The position numbers were made by a program, and so were the translations under genes. A stretch of DNA of 57,505 nt, from sequence record SRR31156797_353. One strand, 5' to 3'. Shown in pieces: positions 10,288 to 21,026 of the stretch; within the stretch, counting starts at the first letter, position 1, and the number at the start of each line of letters is the position of its first letter. The notes under the pieces were generated by a model. That model was not told the DNA's origin and searched no databases. It saw nothing but the letters and a program-made list of their open reading frames with translations.

Positions 10288-10704
10288 ATGAAAGGCATCG
10301 GAAAATACGGGTTGCGAGCTATCCCCATGGCAGTGGTCATGGGGATAATTTTTTACCTTTCCCACCAGCCTGGTGATACGTTTCAGCTTCCCTTGATTAA
10401 CGGCCTGGATAAGATACTCCATGCCTTTATTTACGCGGTATTAGGTTTGTGTACCTGTTTTGTTTTTCCTTTCCAAGTATGGCGGCAACGGGCTGCTTTG
10501 GTATCGATAGGTGTTATCCTTTTCTGCCTGATGTTTGGCATAACCGACGAAATACATCAAAGCTTTATTGCCGGACGCTATCCCTCAGGAGCTGATGTTA
10601 TAGCGGACGTTGTTGGCGCGTTGGCTGCGGTTGTGCTGTATCGTTTTTGCTGCCCTGCAGCAGTAGCTGCATATGGCCGCTGGTCGTCCTGTACCGATAG
10701 TTAA
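10288..10704 (+). CDS. VanZ-like membrane protein
   Basis: DKILHAFIY, DEIHQSFIAGR, DVIAD motifs; GAGGAG RBS before ATG 10288. Confidence 0.85.
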   Translation: MKGIGKYGLRAIPMAVVMGIIFYLSHQPGDTFQLPLINGLDKILHAFIYAVLGLCTCFVFPFQVWRQRAALVSIGVILFCLMFGITDEIHQSFIAGRYPSGADVIADVVGALAAVVLYRFCCPAAVAAYGRWSSCTDS

Positions 10705-10726
10705 TCAGGATGCTGCAGAGAGACAA

Positions 10727-10761
10727 CAGGAGCACACCGGTATTAATAAGGTGTACTCCTG
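10727..10761. terminator. Hairpin between convergent vanZ and hemB
   Basis: caggagcacacc ... ggtgtactcctg, 12-bp stem with one mismatch; weak U tracts. Confidence 0.5.
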
Positions 10762-10781
10762 ATTAGTCATACTGTTTTCCT

Positions 10782-11756
10782 TTATTTTACCAGCAGCTTT
10801 GCCATGTCCTTTGCAAAGTAAGTTAAAATAATATCCGCGCCGGCCCGGCGTATGGATAATAGCGTTTCCGCCATTACCCGTTCTTCATCTATCCAACCTT
10901 TTTCCGCAGCAGCCTTGATCATCGCATATTCGCCACTCACATGGTAGGCGGCGACTGGTAGGTCGAATTCGTCCCGCAATTGTCTGATGATGTCCAGATA
11001 GGCAACAGCTGGTTTTACCATGAGGATATCAGCGCCCTCTTCAACATCTAATGTCGCTTCACGTAGTGCCTCCCTGCTGTTTGCCGGATCCATCTGATAG
11101 CTTCGACGGTCCCCAAATTGCGGTGAGCAGTCAGCAGCATCCCTGAAAGGACCGTAAAAAGCTGAGGCATATTTGACCGCATAGGACATGATTGGTGTCA
11201 TGTGGTAAGAGTTTTCGTCCAGCACAGAACGGATTTCACTTATCCGGCCGTCCATCATATCTGATGGTGCGACAATGTCGGCCCCTGCTTCAGCGTGGGA
11301 CAGAGCCGTCTTCGCTAACAGCTCAAGTGTGGCGTCATTGTCCACCTCATTATTTTGAAGGCAGCCGCAGTGGCCATGGTCCGTGTACTCACATAAACAT
11401 ACATCTGTTATGACATTGAGATCTGGAGCCTTGTTTTTAAGCTCTTTAATGGCCTGCTGAATTATGCCGTTCCTGGCATAGGCCCCTGAACCGAGAGCAT
11501 CTTTTTTTTCAGGTAAACCAAACAGGATCACCGAGCGTATTCCAAGGTCAAGGCACTCGTTGGCTTCTTGCTTGAGTTGATCAATGGAGAGCCTGAAAAC
11601 ACCAGGCATGGAGGAAACCTCCTCTCGCTGCCCCTTACCCGGCAGGACAAAGAGAGGGTAAACCAGCTGGTCTGGGGTTAAATGTGTTTCACGGATCATG
11701 GACCGCATGGTTTCATTCTGACGCATTCTACGGGGGCGATATTCTGGAAAAACCAT
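10782..11756 (-). CDS. hemB: Porphobilinogen synthase (ALA dehydratase)
   Basis: [20 protein letters not shown] Zn site, SDMMDGR, MVKPA. Confidence 0.97.
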   Translation of the reverse strand: MVFPEYRPRRMRQNETMRSMIRETHLTPDQLVYPLFVLPGKGQREEVSSMPGVFRLSIDQLKQEANECLDLGIRSVILFGLPEKKDALGSGAYARNGIIQQAIKELKNKAPDLNVITDVCLCEYTDHGHCGCLQNNEVDNDATLELLAKTALSHAEAGADIVAPSDMMDGRISEIRSVLDENSYHMTPIMSYAVKYASAFYGPFRDAADCSPQFGDRRSYQMDPANSREALREATLDVEEGADILMVKPAVAYLDIIRQLRDEFDLPVAAYHVSGEYAMIKAAAEKGWIDEERVMAETLLSIRRAGADIILTYFAKDMAKLLVK

Positions 11757-11799
11757 TGTTGTACCTGTGTGTGTAAATTAGAGGGTGTGAAGAAGCTGC

Positions 11800-13185
11800 T
11801 TACGCAGATTGTTCACCAATTTTAGCGGCATCAATGCCGAGAGATTTCAGCTTTTTATGAAGATGACTGCGTTCCATGCCCACCTGTTCGGCAGTTTTGG
11901 AAATATTTCCGTCATTTTCTGTGAGCTTAGCTTTAAGGTATTCGACCTCAAATGCTTTACGTGCTTCCTTGTACGGGAGGTGCTGAATATTTTGTAAAGG
12001 CAGATTGTCTGTCCCGGCTGCAGCTACCTCTTTACCGAGAAAAAGGGCCACGTCACTGTCAGCAATGATGTCCTTTGGACTCATGATAACCATCCGCTCT
12101 ATCATATTTCGCAACTCGCGGACATTGCCTGGCCAGTTATGCTGCATGAGGGTTGTGAGCGCTTCCTTGGATAATTGTTTATCACCAAAACCTTTTTTAC
12201 GAAAATTTTGGATAAAATCAGCAGCAAGCAGTGGGATATCTTCTCGTCTATCCATAAGAGCCGGTACATTTATCGGCACCACATTGAGGCGATAGAAGAG
12301 ATCCTCTCTGAAGTTGCCTTTGTGCATTTCCTCTTCGAGGTTTTTATTGGTAGCAGCCAGTACCCTGACATCTACATTGATAGTCCTGGCACCGCCGACT
12401 CGTTCAAATTTCTGTTCCTGCAGAATTCGTAAAACTTTTGCCTGACTTTTAAGACTCATGTCGCCTATTTCATCAAGGAAAAGGGTCGAGCCGTTTGCCT
12501 GGTCAAATTTACCTTTTTTGGGTTCGGTCGCACCTGTGAAAGCCCCCTTAACATGGCCAAACAGTTCAGACTCGATCAATTCTTCCGGGATGGCAGCACA
12601 GTTAACCTCTACCATGGGGTGGGTATTTCGATGGGATTTGCGGTGGATGGTTTGTGCTACCAGTTCCTTCCCTGTCCCATGACCGCCACGGATGAGCACC
12701 CAGGCATCAGTAGGGGCAACACGTTCAATCTGCTCTCGCAGGGAGTTGATAACATCACTTTTTCCGGTAATGTTGGGTTTGGCAGGACCACTTTCTCTCA
12801 GGAGCTTGTTTTCGCGTTCAAGCCTAGCGACATGGAGCCCCTTGTTGATTGAATGGACTATTTTGTCATACGACAAAGGTTTTTCGATAAAATCAAATGC
12901 TCCAATTCGCGTTGCCTGGACAGCTGTTTCGATTGTACCGTGGCCAGATATCATGATGACTGGTAAGTCGTATTGTTCCTTGATCAGTTTCAGGGCTTCA
13001 AGCCCGTCCATGCCAGGCATCCAGATATCAAGCAGTGCCAGGTGGATTTCTTCTTCTGCAAGCACCTGAAGGCCTTCCTCTGCAGACCCAGCAGAATGAG
13101 GGACGAACCCTTCGTCGGCAAGAATCCCGGACAATGATTCACGGATGGGTTGTTCGTCGTCTATGATCAGTATATGGATTGACAT
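11800..13185 (-). CDS. ntrX: NtrX-like sigma54-dependent response regulator
   Basis: REC (DIWMP), AAA+ (GTGKE, GAFTGA, FLDEIGD, WPGNVRE), Fis-HTH; follows an ntrY-like kinase. Confidence 0.88.
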   Translation of the reverse strand: MSIHILIIDDEQPIRESLSGILADEGFVPHSAGSAEEGLQVLAEEEIHLALLDIWMPGMDGLEALKLIKEQYDLPVIMISGHGTIETAVQATRIGAFDFIEKPLSYDKIVHSINKGLHVARLERENKLLRESGPAKPNITGKSDVINSLREQIERVAPTDAWVLIRGGHGTGKELVAQTIHRKSHRNTHPMVEVNCAAIPEELIESELFGHVKGAFTGATEPKKGKFDQANGSTLFLDEIGDMSLKSQAKVLRILQEQKFERVGGARTINVDVRVLAATNKNLEEEMHKGNFREDLFYRLNVVPINVPALMDRREDIPLLAADFIQNFRKKGFGDKQLSKEALTTLMQHNWPGNVRELRNMIERMVIMSPKDIIADSDVALFLGKEVAAAGTDNLPLQNIQHLPYKEARKAFEVEYLKAKLTENDGNISKTAEQVGMERSHLHKKLKSLGIDAAKIGEQSA

Positions 13186-13246
13186 CAGTGGCGTGAAATG
13201 ATCAGCTTAGGCAAAATTTGATAATAAGTTGAGGGGACTAACAGTA

Positions 13247-15472
13247 TCAGGAGTCCAAGGGTAATTCAACTGTAAATACCGTGCCGTTGGGCTTGTTTTC
13301 GTGGACAAGAATTGTTCCGTTGTGCTCGGTAATAATTGTATGGGCTATCGCTAGGCCAAGACCAGTCCCTGATTTTCTGGTAGAAAAATAAGGCTCAAAA
13401 AGACGGAGTTTAACCTCTTCTGTTATGCCTGGTCCATCATCGGCAACTATAAGCCGAACGGTTTGCGGCTGCTGCTTGTGGAGCATGAGACTGAGAGAAA
13501 TGGTCCCGCTATTTTCAATAACACTGACTGCGTTGTCGAGGAGGTTAATCAGTACTCGTTTAATTTGCACCGGATCAAAAAAGAATTCGGGTAGTTGCTC
13601 ATCGGTTTCCAGGGTAAAGGCAATGTGTTTGTGCGCTTCCTTGTAGAGAAAATATACTTCTTTGACCATCTTTTTTATGTCAGAACGCTTTTTATGAATT
13701 TTCGGCATTCTGGCAAAATCTGAAAATTCACTGACAAGACGCTTTATTTCTTCAACCTGATTGACGATAGTGGCTGTGCATTGGTCAAAAATGTCCCTGT
13801 CTTTTGGTATGCTGTCCATGTAGCGTTTTCTCAGGCGCTGAGCTGACAGCTGGATAGGCGTCAATGGATTTTTTATTTCATGGGCAATGCGTCTGGCAAC
13901 CTCCTGCCAGGCGGCAAGCCGCTGGGCTTTTTCCAGTTTGGTTAAATTGTCAAACACAATTACAAACCCAATGGGATTTGATTGTTCATCGACCATTCGG
14001 GTTATGTTGACCTGAAGGGACAAGGTCTCACCACGGCGAACAGTCACGCGAAGATGGCGCTCAATGGAATGTTTGCCTGTGGAGAGAAGTTCTTTGAGAA
14101 AGCTTTCCACTATCATAACATGGGTTTTAGGCAGGAACTCATGGAAATTTTTGCCGACCAGTTTGATGGGCTTAATATGGAGCAGTTCCTCTGCAAAACG
14201 ATTGATGGTGGTAATTTTACTGTTTTCGTCAAGAGCGATCACACCTGCTGCAACATTTTCCAGGATGGTCTCAAGGTAACGCCGCTGTTGCTCTGAAACG
14301 ATATTGCTTTCCTGGAGCGCCTGGTGGGCAACACCAAGTTTTTCGTTGGATGCCTTGATGTCGGTAGTCATCGAGTTGAACGAATCAACCAGCAGTCCCA
14401 TTTCGTCGTCAGATTCTTTTTCAATGATAAAGTTGAGGTCACCGTCAGCAACGCGTCTGGTTGCAAGCGCGAGTTTGTTGATGGGGCCGGTTAAACTTTT
14501 GGCTATATAGAAACCGAACCAGATAGCTCCAAACAGGATCAGTAGGGTGATTATCAACATCATGATAATCAGGCTGAGTTTGATTGGTGCTTTGAGGATA
14601 ACCAGTTGTCGGTAGTCGGTAATACCTTCAGAAACTATCTGCATCCGTTCCAACTTAGTGGTAGGGATCAGAAGTGAGGTAACAAGAAAAATAGGTTGTC
14701 GGTAATGTTGGGGTAAGTGCACCGGCACGATAGCCAAGATGAGTTCGCCGACACTGGTGTTGTTGGTGATTATTTCAGTGGCATTGTTATTGGCAGCCTG
14801 ACGCATAGCCTCCGAAGGAACAGCAGGCAGTACAATGGGTAACAGGCGTGGGCCACGGCGAGCAAGCAGCTGGTTGCCATTGTCGTCTATCAGGACAATA
14901 CTGTCAGGTGCCCCTGGCGGGGCAATAGCCAAGGTTCTTTGAAACAGCTGCTCAAGGGCAGCCATGTCGCCAATATCCACGGTGTTGTTTTCAAGCATCT
15001 CTCCCAGCTGGTTGCCTATCCCGCTCGCCCTGTTTTCGGTGTCATGAAAAATTGTTTGAGCGAGTTTAAGAGAGGCTTGCAGAGAAGCTTCGACGTTGGA
15101 ATTGAACCAATAATCCATGGAGGTCGAAACAAAGCGCAAAGCGATAACAAATAAAAGAATGGTAGGAACCAGGGACAGAGCAATAAAAGAAACAACAAGC
15201 CTGGTTTTTAGTTTTGAACCAAGAATGTTGTGTTTTCGTTCAAAAAGTACTTCTACAAGGTTACGTAAAACCAGGTAGACCATCAGCAATAACAGTAATC
15301 CGTTAATGTTGATTAAGGCAAATATAAGGACAGTACTTGAAAAGGGGAGGTGAAAGTCGCCTTTAAGAAGGCCGCGCTGGAGGTAGCCGAGAAAAGGTAT
15401 CAGTAGGATGCAGAAAATTATAACATAGCGAATAAGCTGTTGTTTCTTTTTTTTCTGTTCAGGTGTGAGCAT
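13247..15472 (-). CDS. ntrY: NtrY-like sensor histidine kinase (TMs, HAMP, PAS, HisKA, HATPase)
   Basis: AWQEVARRIAHEIKNPLTPIQLSAQRL H-box characteristic of NtrY; GTGLGL. Confidence 0.88.
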   Translation of the reverse strand: MLTPEQKKKKQQLIRYVIIFCILLIPFLGYLQRGLLKGDFHLPFSSTVLIFALININGLLLLLMVYLVLRNLVEVLFERKHNILGSKLKTRLVVSFIALSLVPTILLFVIALRFVSTSMDYWFNSNVEASLQASLKLAQTIFHDTENRASGIGNQLGEMLENNTVDIGDMAALEQLFQRTLAIAPPGAPDSIVLIDDNGNQLLARRGPRLLPIVLPAVPSEAMRQAANNNATEIITNNTSVGELILAIVPVHLPQHYRQPIFLVTSLLIPTTKLERMQIVSEGITDYRQLVILKAPIKLSLIIMMLIITLLILFGAIWFGFYIAKSLTGPINKLALATRRVADGDLNFIIEKESDDEMGLLVDSFNSMTTDIKASNEKLGVAHQALQESNIVSEQQRRYLETILENVAAGVIALDENSKITTINRFAEELLHIKPIKLVGKNFHEFLPKTHVMIVESFLKELLSTGKHSIERHLRVTVRRGETLSLQVNITRMVDEQSNPIGFVIVFDNLTKLEKAQRLAAWQEVARRIAHEIKNPLTPIQLSAQRLRKRYMDSIPKDRDIFDQCTATIVNQVEEIKRLVSEFSDFARMPKIHKKRSDIKKMVKEVYFLYKEAHKHIAFTLETDEQLPEFFFDPVQIKRVLINLLDNAVSVIENSGTISLSLMLHKQQPQTVRLIVADDGPGITEEVKLRLFEPYFSTRKSGTGLGLAIAHTIITEHNGTILVHENKPNGTVFTVELPLDS

Positions 15473-15492
15473 TCACCCTCCGGTAAAAGCAG

Positions 15493-16068
15493 TCAATAGC
15501 GAAATTCTACGGTTCGCCAGTCTGTTTCAAAATTCCACAGTGAGTTAAAAGGTAAAACGTAATGCATGCCAAAGGGCAGGGTGTTTTTTTCTAGCGTTGC
15601 TTTCAGGCGCAATGCGTATTGGGCTTCGGGCTGTAGTTGTTTCAGGGGAATGACTGGTACACTGTTAAGTTCTGCCATCAATTCCTTGGCTTCTTTAAGT
15701 GAACGGGTTGTTATTATTTTGCCATTCTTGTCTGAATGGTGGATCTGGTATTCCTCTTTAAGACTGTTGTAGGTCATTGTGTGGGTAATGGTCGTATTAA
15801 CCAGTGAGGAATCGAACCAGTTGCTGCGTAATTTATTGAGCTCAATGTAAAAGGTAAAAGTGATCGGGATTCCATTTTGTACACCGATTATCATTTCAGG
15901 CGTAAAAGAGTTGAAAACTGCTGCGAAAAGGAGCAGATCGGTATTAGAGGTGGTGACAATAATATCTTTCAGCTCCGGCGAAATATCGTCCTGAGCTGAA
16001 ACTTGTCCGACACTGAAGAATGTCAGGCAAAAGAAGAGCAGTATGAGTTGAAAAAAGGAGCGTGTCAT
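15493..16068 (-). CDS. DUF4390 family exported protein
   Basis: Signal peptide, GIPITFTF, WNFETDW; usual position upstream of ntrY. Confidence 0.75.
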   Translation of the reverse strand: MTRSFFQLILLFFCLTFFSVGQVSAQDDISPELKDIIVTTSNTDLLLFAAVFNSFTPEMIIGVQNGIPITFTFYIELNKLRSNWFDSSLVNTTITHTMTYNSLKEEYQIHHSDKNGKIITTRSLKEAKELMAELNSVPVIPLKQLQPEAQYALRLKATLEKNTLPFGMHYVLPFNSLWNFETDWRTVEFRY

Positions 16069-16445
16069 ATAATAAAGTTTCGGGCAGCACCGTGCTTAGT
16101 ACGATAAAGGGAGATCATTTTATAAGCGATGAACCTTACTTCATTGGTCCAGTTTTGTCTATCTATTGACACGGTTTGTTGAAGAGTATCAACGGTCTTT
16201 TAAAAGTTGAAAAAGAGCGTAATATACATCAAGGCCTTGAAGATTTCTTGTATATTTTCAGGAAAAAAAGTATGACTGCTTCACCTGTTTTATGTCTCGA
16301 ATGACGAGATATTGTGATGTGTCTCATCTAAGATTGTCTCGCAATAGATATTTTGCTCTGGTTTGTTGCGGAAATAATTTTTATCGAGTTGTCCCCTAAC
16401 CGTATTCCCTGAAAAGTTACCTGTAGCCAATACAAGCAAAGAAAA

Positions 16446-16757
16446 ATGTCGCCGAGACCCAAGAAAAAACGTCACTGCCAAGGCCCGTTCTGTACAAAAT
16501 CATTCAAACCTGCCGGTACACCTCTTCGTGAATTACCAAAGGTCTATCTGTACCATGATGAGCTTGAGGCGTTACGGCTTTGTGATTATGAAGGCCTTTT
16601 TCAGGAACAGGCCGGTGAGCAAATGGGGGTTTCCAGGGGGACTGTGCAACGGACGCTGACCTCAGCCAGGAAAAAAGTCGCCCAGGCCCTCTCCACCGGT
16701 TCTGCGATTGTTTTTGCCGTTGAGGGGGAAAAAGTGGTGGAGGAAGATCTGTCGTAA
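16446..16757 (+). CDS. DUF134 family DNA-binding protein
   Basis: PRPKKKR, FKPAG, DELEALRLCD, MGVSRGT, ARKKVA. Confidence 0.88.
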   Translation: MSPRPKKKRHCQGPFCTKSFKPAGTPLRELPKVYLYHDELEALRLCDYEGLFQEQAGEQMGVSRGTVQRTLTSARKKVAQALSTGSAIVFAVEGEKVVEEDLS

Positions 16758-16881
16758 AGCTTGCAATTCACTGCCCTACGGTAGTCACACAATCTTGGTC
16801 ACTCTCGCCCAAATTGTATTACATAAAACAACACATTAACGATCCCCTTACTGGGTATATTTATCAGAGGTAAATGATTTC

Positions 16882-17955
16882 ATGAAACGAAATGTACTGG
16901 TCACCGGTGGCTGCGGCTTTATCGGTGCGAATTTTATTCGGTTACTCCTCGCGACCCAGCCAGATTGGCAGGTGATTAATCTTGATAAACTGACCTATGC
17001 CGGTAACCTTGAAAATTTGGAAGATGTTGCTAGGAATTCCCATTACAGTTTTGTTTGTGAGGACATTTGTAATCAAGAGCAGATGGAAGAGCTTTTCAAA
17101 GAGCGATCCATTGATACCGTGGTTCACTTTGCTGCAGAATCACACGTGGACAGATCAATAACTGATCCGGATGCTTTTATTCAGACGAATGTTTTTGGTA
17201 CTTTTTCCCTGCTGGAAGCTGCCCGTAAAGCCTGGTTAACAGATGAAGAGGGGACTGCATCTCAGCGGCGCTTTCTTCATGTCAGTACTGATGAGGTTTA
17301 TGGTTCGCTGGGGGAGACCGGTTATTTTACAGAAGAGACAGCATATGATCCTCGGTCACCGTATTCTGCTTCCAAGGCCTCCTCTGATCATCTTGTACGT
17401 TCTTATTACCATACCTATGGACTTCCGATACTGATAACCAACTGTTCAAATAACTATGGGCCGTATCAGTTTCCGGAAAAATTGATTCCTTTGATTCTCA
17501 ATAATGCCTTAAAAGGGGAGAAACTGCCTGTTTATGGGGATGGCGCCAATGTCCGTGACTGGCTCTACGTTGTTGATCACTGCGAAGCCATTGTTCGAGT
17601 TGTGGAAGATGGAACTGTCGGTCAGTCTTACAATATCGGCGGGCATAATGAGAAAAAAAACCTAGAGGTCGTGGAATTGTTGTGCAACACTCTAGACAAG
17701 AAGATCGGGCTGTTGCCATCGGGCAGGCCGCGAACAGAATTAATTACTTTTGTAAAGGATCGGCTCGGCCACGATCGTCGCTATGCAATAGATGCAGCCA
17801 AAATTGCTGACCAGCTTGGTTGGACGCCTCGTTATACATTTGAAGAGGGTATTGAGAAAACCGTTGGGTGGTATTTAGCCAACAAGAAATGGATGGATGC
17901 CATTATCGATGGTTCCTATCAGAAGTATTATAAGAAGATGTATGCCGACCGGTAA
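16882..17955 (+). CDS. rfbB: dTDP-glucose 4,6-dehydratase
   Basis: GGCGFIG, AAESHVDRSI, STDEVYG, YSASK, GHDRRYA. Confidence 0.96.
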   Translation: MKRNVLVTGGCGFIGANFIRLLLATQPDWQVINLDKLTYAGNLENLEDVARNSHYSFVCEDICNQEQMEELFKERSIDTVVHFAAESHVDRSITDPDAFIQTNVFGTFSLLEAARKAWLTDEEGTASQRRFLHVSTDEVYGSLGETGYFTEETAYDPRSPYSASKASSDHLVRSYYHTYGLPILITNCSNNYGPYQFPEKLIPLILNNALKGEKLPVYGDGANVRDWLYVVDHCEAIVRVVEDGTVGQSYNIGGHNEKKNLEVVELLCNTLDKKIGLLPSGRPRTELITFVKDRLGHDRRYAIDAAKIADQLGWTPRYTFEEGIEKTVGWYLANKKWMDAIIDGSYQKYYKKMYADR

Positions 17956-18062
17956 TAGCGTATTAGCAAGAAAAGCATCTTGTTGTACAGCAGAAAACTA
18001 CAAATAACATTGGCACTTCAGCCGGTAAGGTGAGGTTCCTTTGAAAATACCATATTGAGAAA

Positions 18063-18611
18063 ATGAAAATTACAGCATCAACCACCATACCCGATGTGCT
18101 TATCATTGAGCCGCAGGTCTTTGGCGACGAACGTGGTTTTTTTTACGAAAGTTTTAATCAGAAACGTTGGCAGGAGCAGACAGGCCTGAATAGACTCTTT
18201 GTTCAGGAAAATCACTCTCGCTCAGCCCATGGGGTACTCCGAGGCCTGCATTACCAGATCAAACAGCCCCAAGGAAAATTGGTTCGGGTGATTGCAGGAG
18301 AAGTGTTTGATGTTGCTGTCGATCTTAGGCGCAGTTCACCGACATTTGGCAAGTGGGACGGCATTCATCTGACAGCAGAGAATAAGAAACAGTTTTGGGT
18401 TCCAGAAGGTTTTGGCCATGGATTTGTCGTACTATCAGAAGTGGCTGAATTCCTCTATCTCACCACCGACTACTATGCCCCTGAACATGAACGGGCCATT
18501 ATCTGGAACGATACTCAGTTGGGGATTGAGTGGCCGCTTGCGGCTGAACCGCTTTTATCAGAAAAGGATAAGTGTGCTGTGAAATTTGCCGAAGCGGAAG
18601 TATACCGCTAG
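18063..18611 (+). CDS. rfbC: dTDP-4-dehydrorhamnose 3,5-epimerase
   Basis: DERGFF, VLRGLHYQ, QGKLVRV, GFGHGF. Confidence 0.96.
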   Translation: MKITASTTIPDVLIIEPQVFGDERGFFYESFNQKRWQEQTGLNRLFVQENHSRSAHGVLRGLHYQIKQPQGKLVRVIAGEVFDVAVDLRRSSPTFGKWDGIHLTAENKKQFWVPEGFGHGFVVLSEVAEFLYLTTDYYAPEHERAIIWNDTQLGIEWPLAAEPLLSEKDKCAVKFAEAEVYR

Positions 18612-18680
18612 CGCATATTTTTCAATAGTTGCTGCGGGATAAGATCCAATAGTTATTGGCAATCAAAAGGTAAGTGTAGA

Positions 18681-18726
18681 TGTAACTGTTCCGTTGGCCT
18701 TCATTGGGTGCTGCTGAACAGTTACA
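18681..18726. repeat. Short GTAAC...GTTAC palindromic repeat copy
   Basis: tgtaactgttc ... gaacagttaca is a perfect 11-bp terminal inverted repeat; its right end (tgggtgctgctgaacagttac) nearly matches 29302-29322. Confidence 0.7.
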
Positions 18727-18732
18727 AACGAT

Positions 18733-20739
18733 TTACCACTCAAAACGTAAAACACCGTCCAACGGTTTGACCCTGGCCAGGTTAACCTTGACCGTGTCGC
18801 CAACTTCTGTCTGAAAGTAAGGGTTGGGGGGCAGGTCGATATCGAAAAGGCAATCGGTGAGCAACAGGTTAACCCTCTTTGGTCCCTGCCCGACAATCAG
18901 TGCACTCATCGACTGTCCCTGTTTTGGCTCTAAGTACCTGAGTATCCAATAGCGGTGTCGTTGTTGGCGTACTGCATTGGCCCTGCTGAGTTTTTGTTGA
19001 ATAGTCCCGGTAAAGGTTTTGCATTCGTCTGCTGAAAATAAAATCCCTTTGCCATGAACCATATGACTAATCTGGTGCTGCATGGCCAAATCAAGGAACC
19101 GACGGATAGGCGACGTTATGGTGGTATAACTGTTAAGCCCAAGGCCGCTGTGCGGTTTTGGGTGGGCTGTCAGTTCACCCCTTGACAGAAAGCGACGTTG
19201 TAGTGCTATATCGGTCAGGCTGTTACTGGCCCCTGAGATAAGGCGTCTTCTTGGTGGCGGCTGTGAACGGAAAAGTCCAGGGGCTCCTCTTCCAGCAAGA
19301 TAATCGGATGCAACCCCATTGGCGAGTATCATCAACTCGGAGACAAGGCTCCGCGAAGGCGTGTCCACCGGGGCAAGAAAGATTTGGATTTTATCGCGAT
19401 CCCTGATATCGATATTGGCATCAGGAAAAGGGAGCAGCAACGCACCTCTGTCGACCCTGCTTTGTCGCAGTTTTTTCCACACTGCGTTAAGCCCGGCCAA
19501 GTCGTGATCTTTTGCAATCAGGTTGTCTGCTTCCCTGTAGCTGAGTTGTCTTTGAACCTTTATGACAGAGGGAACAATGGAGGTATGGGTAATAAAACCT
19601 GTATCGTCAAGGGTAACTAGGAAACTGATGGCTGGACGTGTCTTTCCTTTAATAAGGCTGCAGACATCAAGAGAGAGGGATTTGGGCAGCATTGGAACAT
19701 GCCCTTCCGGGAAATAGAGTGTTGTGGCTCTTTCTTGGGCCTCTGCAAACAGCGTGGAACGTGGGGATATATAGTAGCTGACGTCCGTGATATGAATCCC
19801 TACCAGTACTTTTCCGTTTTCCAACTGTTCAAAATGGAGAGCATCGTCAAAGTCGCGGGTGAAAGCCCCGTCAATGGTCAGCAGTGGGAGATCACGAAAA
19901 TCCTTTCGTTTTGGGTCGGCCAGTAATTCCTGCACCGATGCTTCTTTTATCTGCTCCGCATCAGTTAGGCAGGGAGTGGGGAATTCCAACGGATGTTCAG
20001 ATTTCAGCAGCGCCAGATTTTCGTCCGCATTCCAATAACCGGCTTTTACCAGAATGTTGTAGCCTGTATGAGGAGTAGTCAGCTCTGCTTTTTTGAGCAG
20101 GTTGCGAATGAGTGCGCTTTCCTCACCATCATTGCCGAAAAGTTCATACTGCGATAGCCAGTAAAGGCATTTGTCGCGATCAGGCCATTCCTGATTGGAG
20201 ACATTTTCTCCCTGTAGAATCTTTTTAAGATACCTGGCCCCTGATTCGAGGAGTAGTTCTTTTTCCTGTTGTTTTTGATATTCGTTTTGTAGGTGTTCGA
20301 CCTGTTCCTGGGTATGGATAGTGATTTGATCGTTTTTATATTTAAAATAAAAGCGATCGGCAAACACTGCGCGTACAAAACCGGCCATCTGGTCGTCATC
20401 AAGCTCATCGCCATAAATGAGCTCAGCCAGAAAGGTAACCGTATATTTTCGTTGTTCTTCTTCGTCGACAATTTCCCATAGTTCCTCAAGGTTCGTGTCG
20501 TCAGCCAGGGCGCTACGTTTTTTAGCAGCAGTTTTAAGGAGATCCGTCAGCTCTTCCCTGGAGGATTGGGTGGAATAATGCTGTTTGGAAAGGGTGACAA
20601 TACGAGATTGAGGAAGGGTGATTTCGCGACCGTTCTGATTAATCAGGTGGGCGCGTTTTTCAGATATTCTAGTTACGAGGGCGCAAATAAATTTACCGCC
20701 GTCGATATAGTCAACAATATTGCCGGGAGTGATCATCAT
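18733..20739 (-). CDS. Ribonuclease II/R family exoribonuclease (RNB domain)
   Basis: [42 protein letters not shown]. Confidence 0.92.
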   Translation of the reverse strand: MMITPGNIVDYIDGGKFICALVTRISEKRAHLINQNGREITLPQSRIVTLSKQHYSTQSSREELTDLLKTAAKKRSALADDTNLEELWEIVDEEEQRKYTVTFLAELIYGDELDDDQMAGFVRAVFADRFYFKYKNDQITIHTQEQVEHLQNEYQKQQEKELLLESGARYLKKILQGENVSNQEWPDRDKCLYWLSQYELFGNDGEESALIRNLLKKAELTTPHTGYNILVKAGYWNADENLALLKSEHPLEFPTPCLTDAEQIKEASVQELLADPKRKDFRDLPLLTIDGAFTRDFDDALHFEQLENGKVLVGIHITDVSYYISPRSTLFAEAQERATTLYFPEGHVPMLPKSLSLDVCSLIKGKTRPAISFLVTLDDTGFITHTSIVPSVIKVQRQLSYREADNLIAKDHDLAGLNAVWKKLRQSRVDRGALLLPFPDANIDIRDRDKIQIFLAPVDTPSRSLVSELMILANGVASDYLAGRGAPGLFRSQPPPRRRLISGASNSLTDIALQRRFLSRGELTAHPKPHSGLGLNSYTTITSPIRRFLDLAMQHQISHMVHGKGILFSADECKTFTGTIQQKLSRANAVRQQRHRYWILRYLEPKQGQSMSALIVGQGPKRVNLLLTDCLFDIDLPPNPYFQTEVGDTVKVNLARVKPLDGVLRFEW

Positions 20740-21026
20740 CTAACACATTGCGAAGTTCTAAAGTCATGGTAAGTTACAGTGGATAGCAGGAATATGTATC
20801 TTTGTCATTATTTTCTTTAGATATATTTCATATTCCTGCAAGCAAAAAGAGCGTGTTGGAACACTCACTCATGCTTAGTATGTAAACGAGGTGTTTTTAA
20901 TTTCCGAGAACCGGTATCTGCACACGTGAAAGTGAAGGGAAACAGAGAGCAGAAATAGGGACTGGAGCAGTAAACACTTTCTAAAGGCAGCCATCAAGTA
21001 AAATGAATATAGAAAAAGGGTAGCAC

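Noticed and set aside
18681-18726. Integron attC site
   Set aside because: Ends are TGTAAC/GTTACA rather than RYYYAAC/GTTRRRY, and it lies between housekeeping genes.
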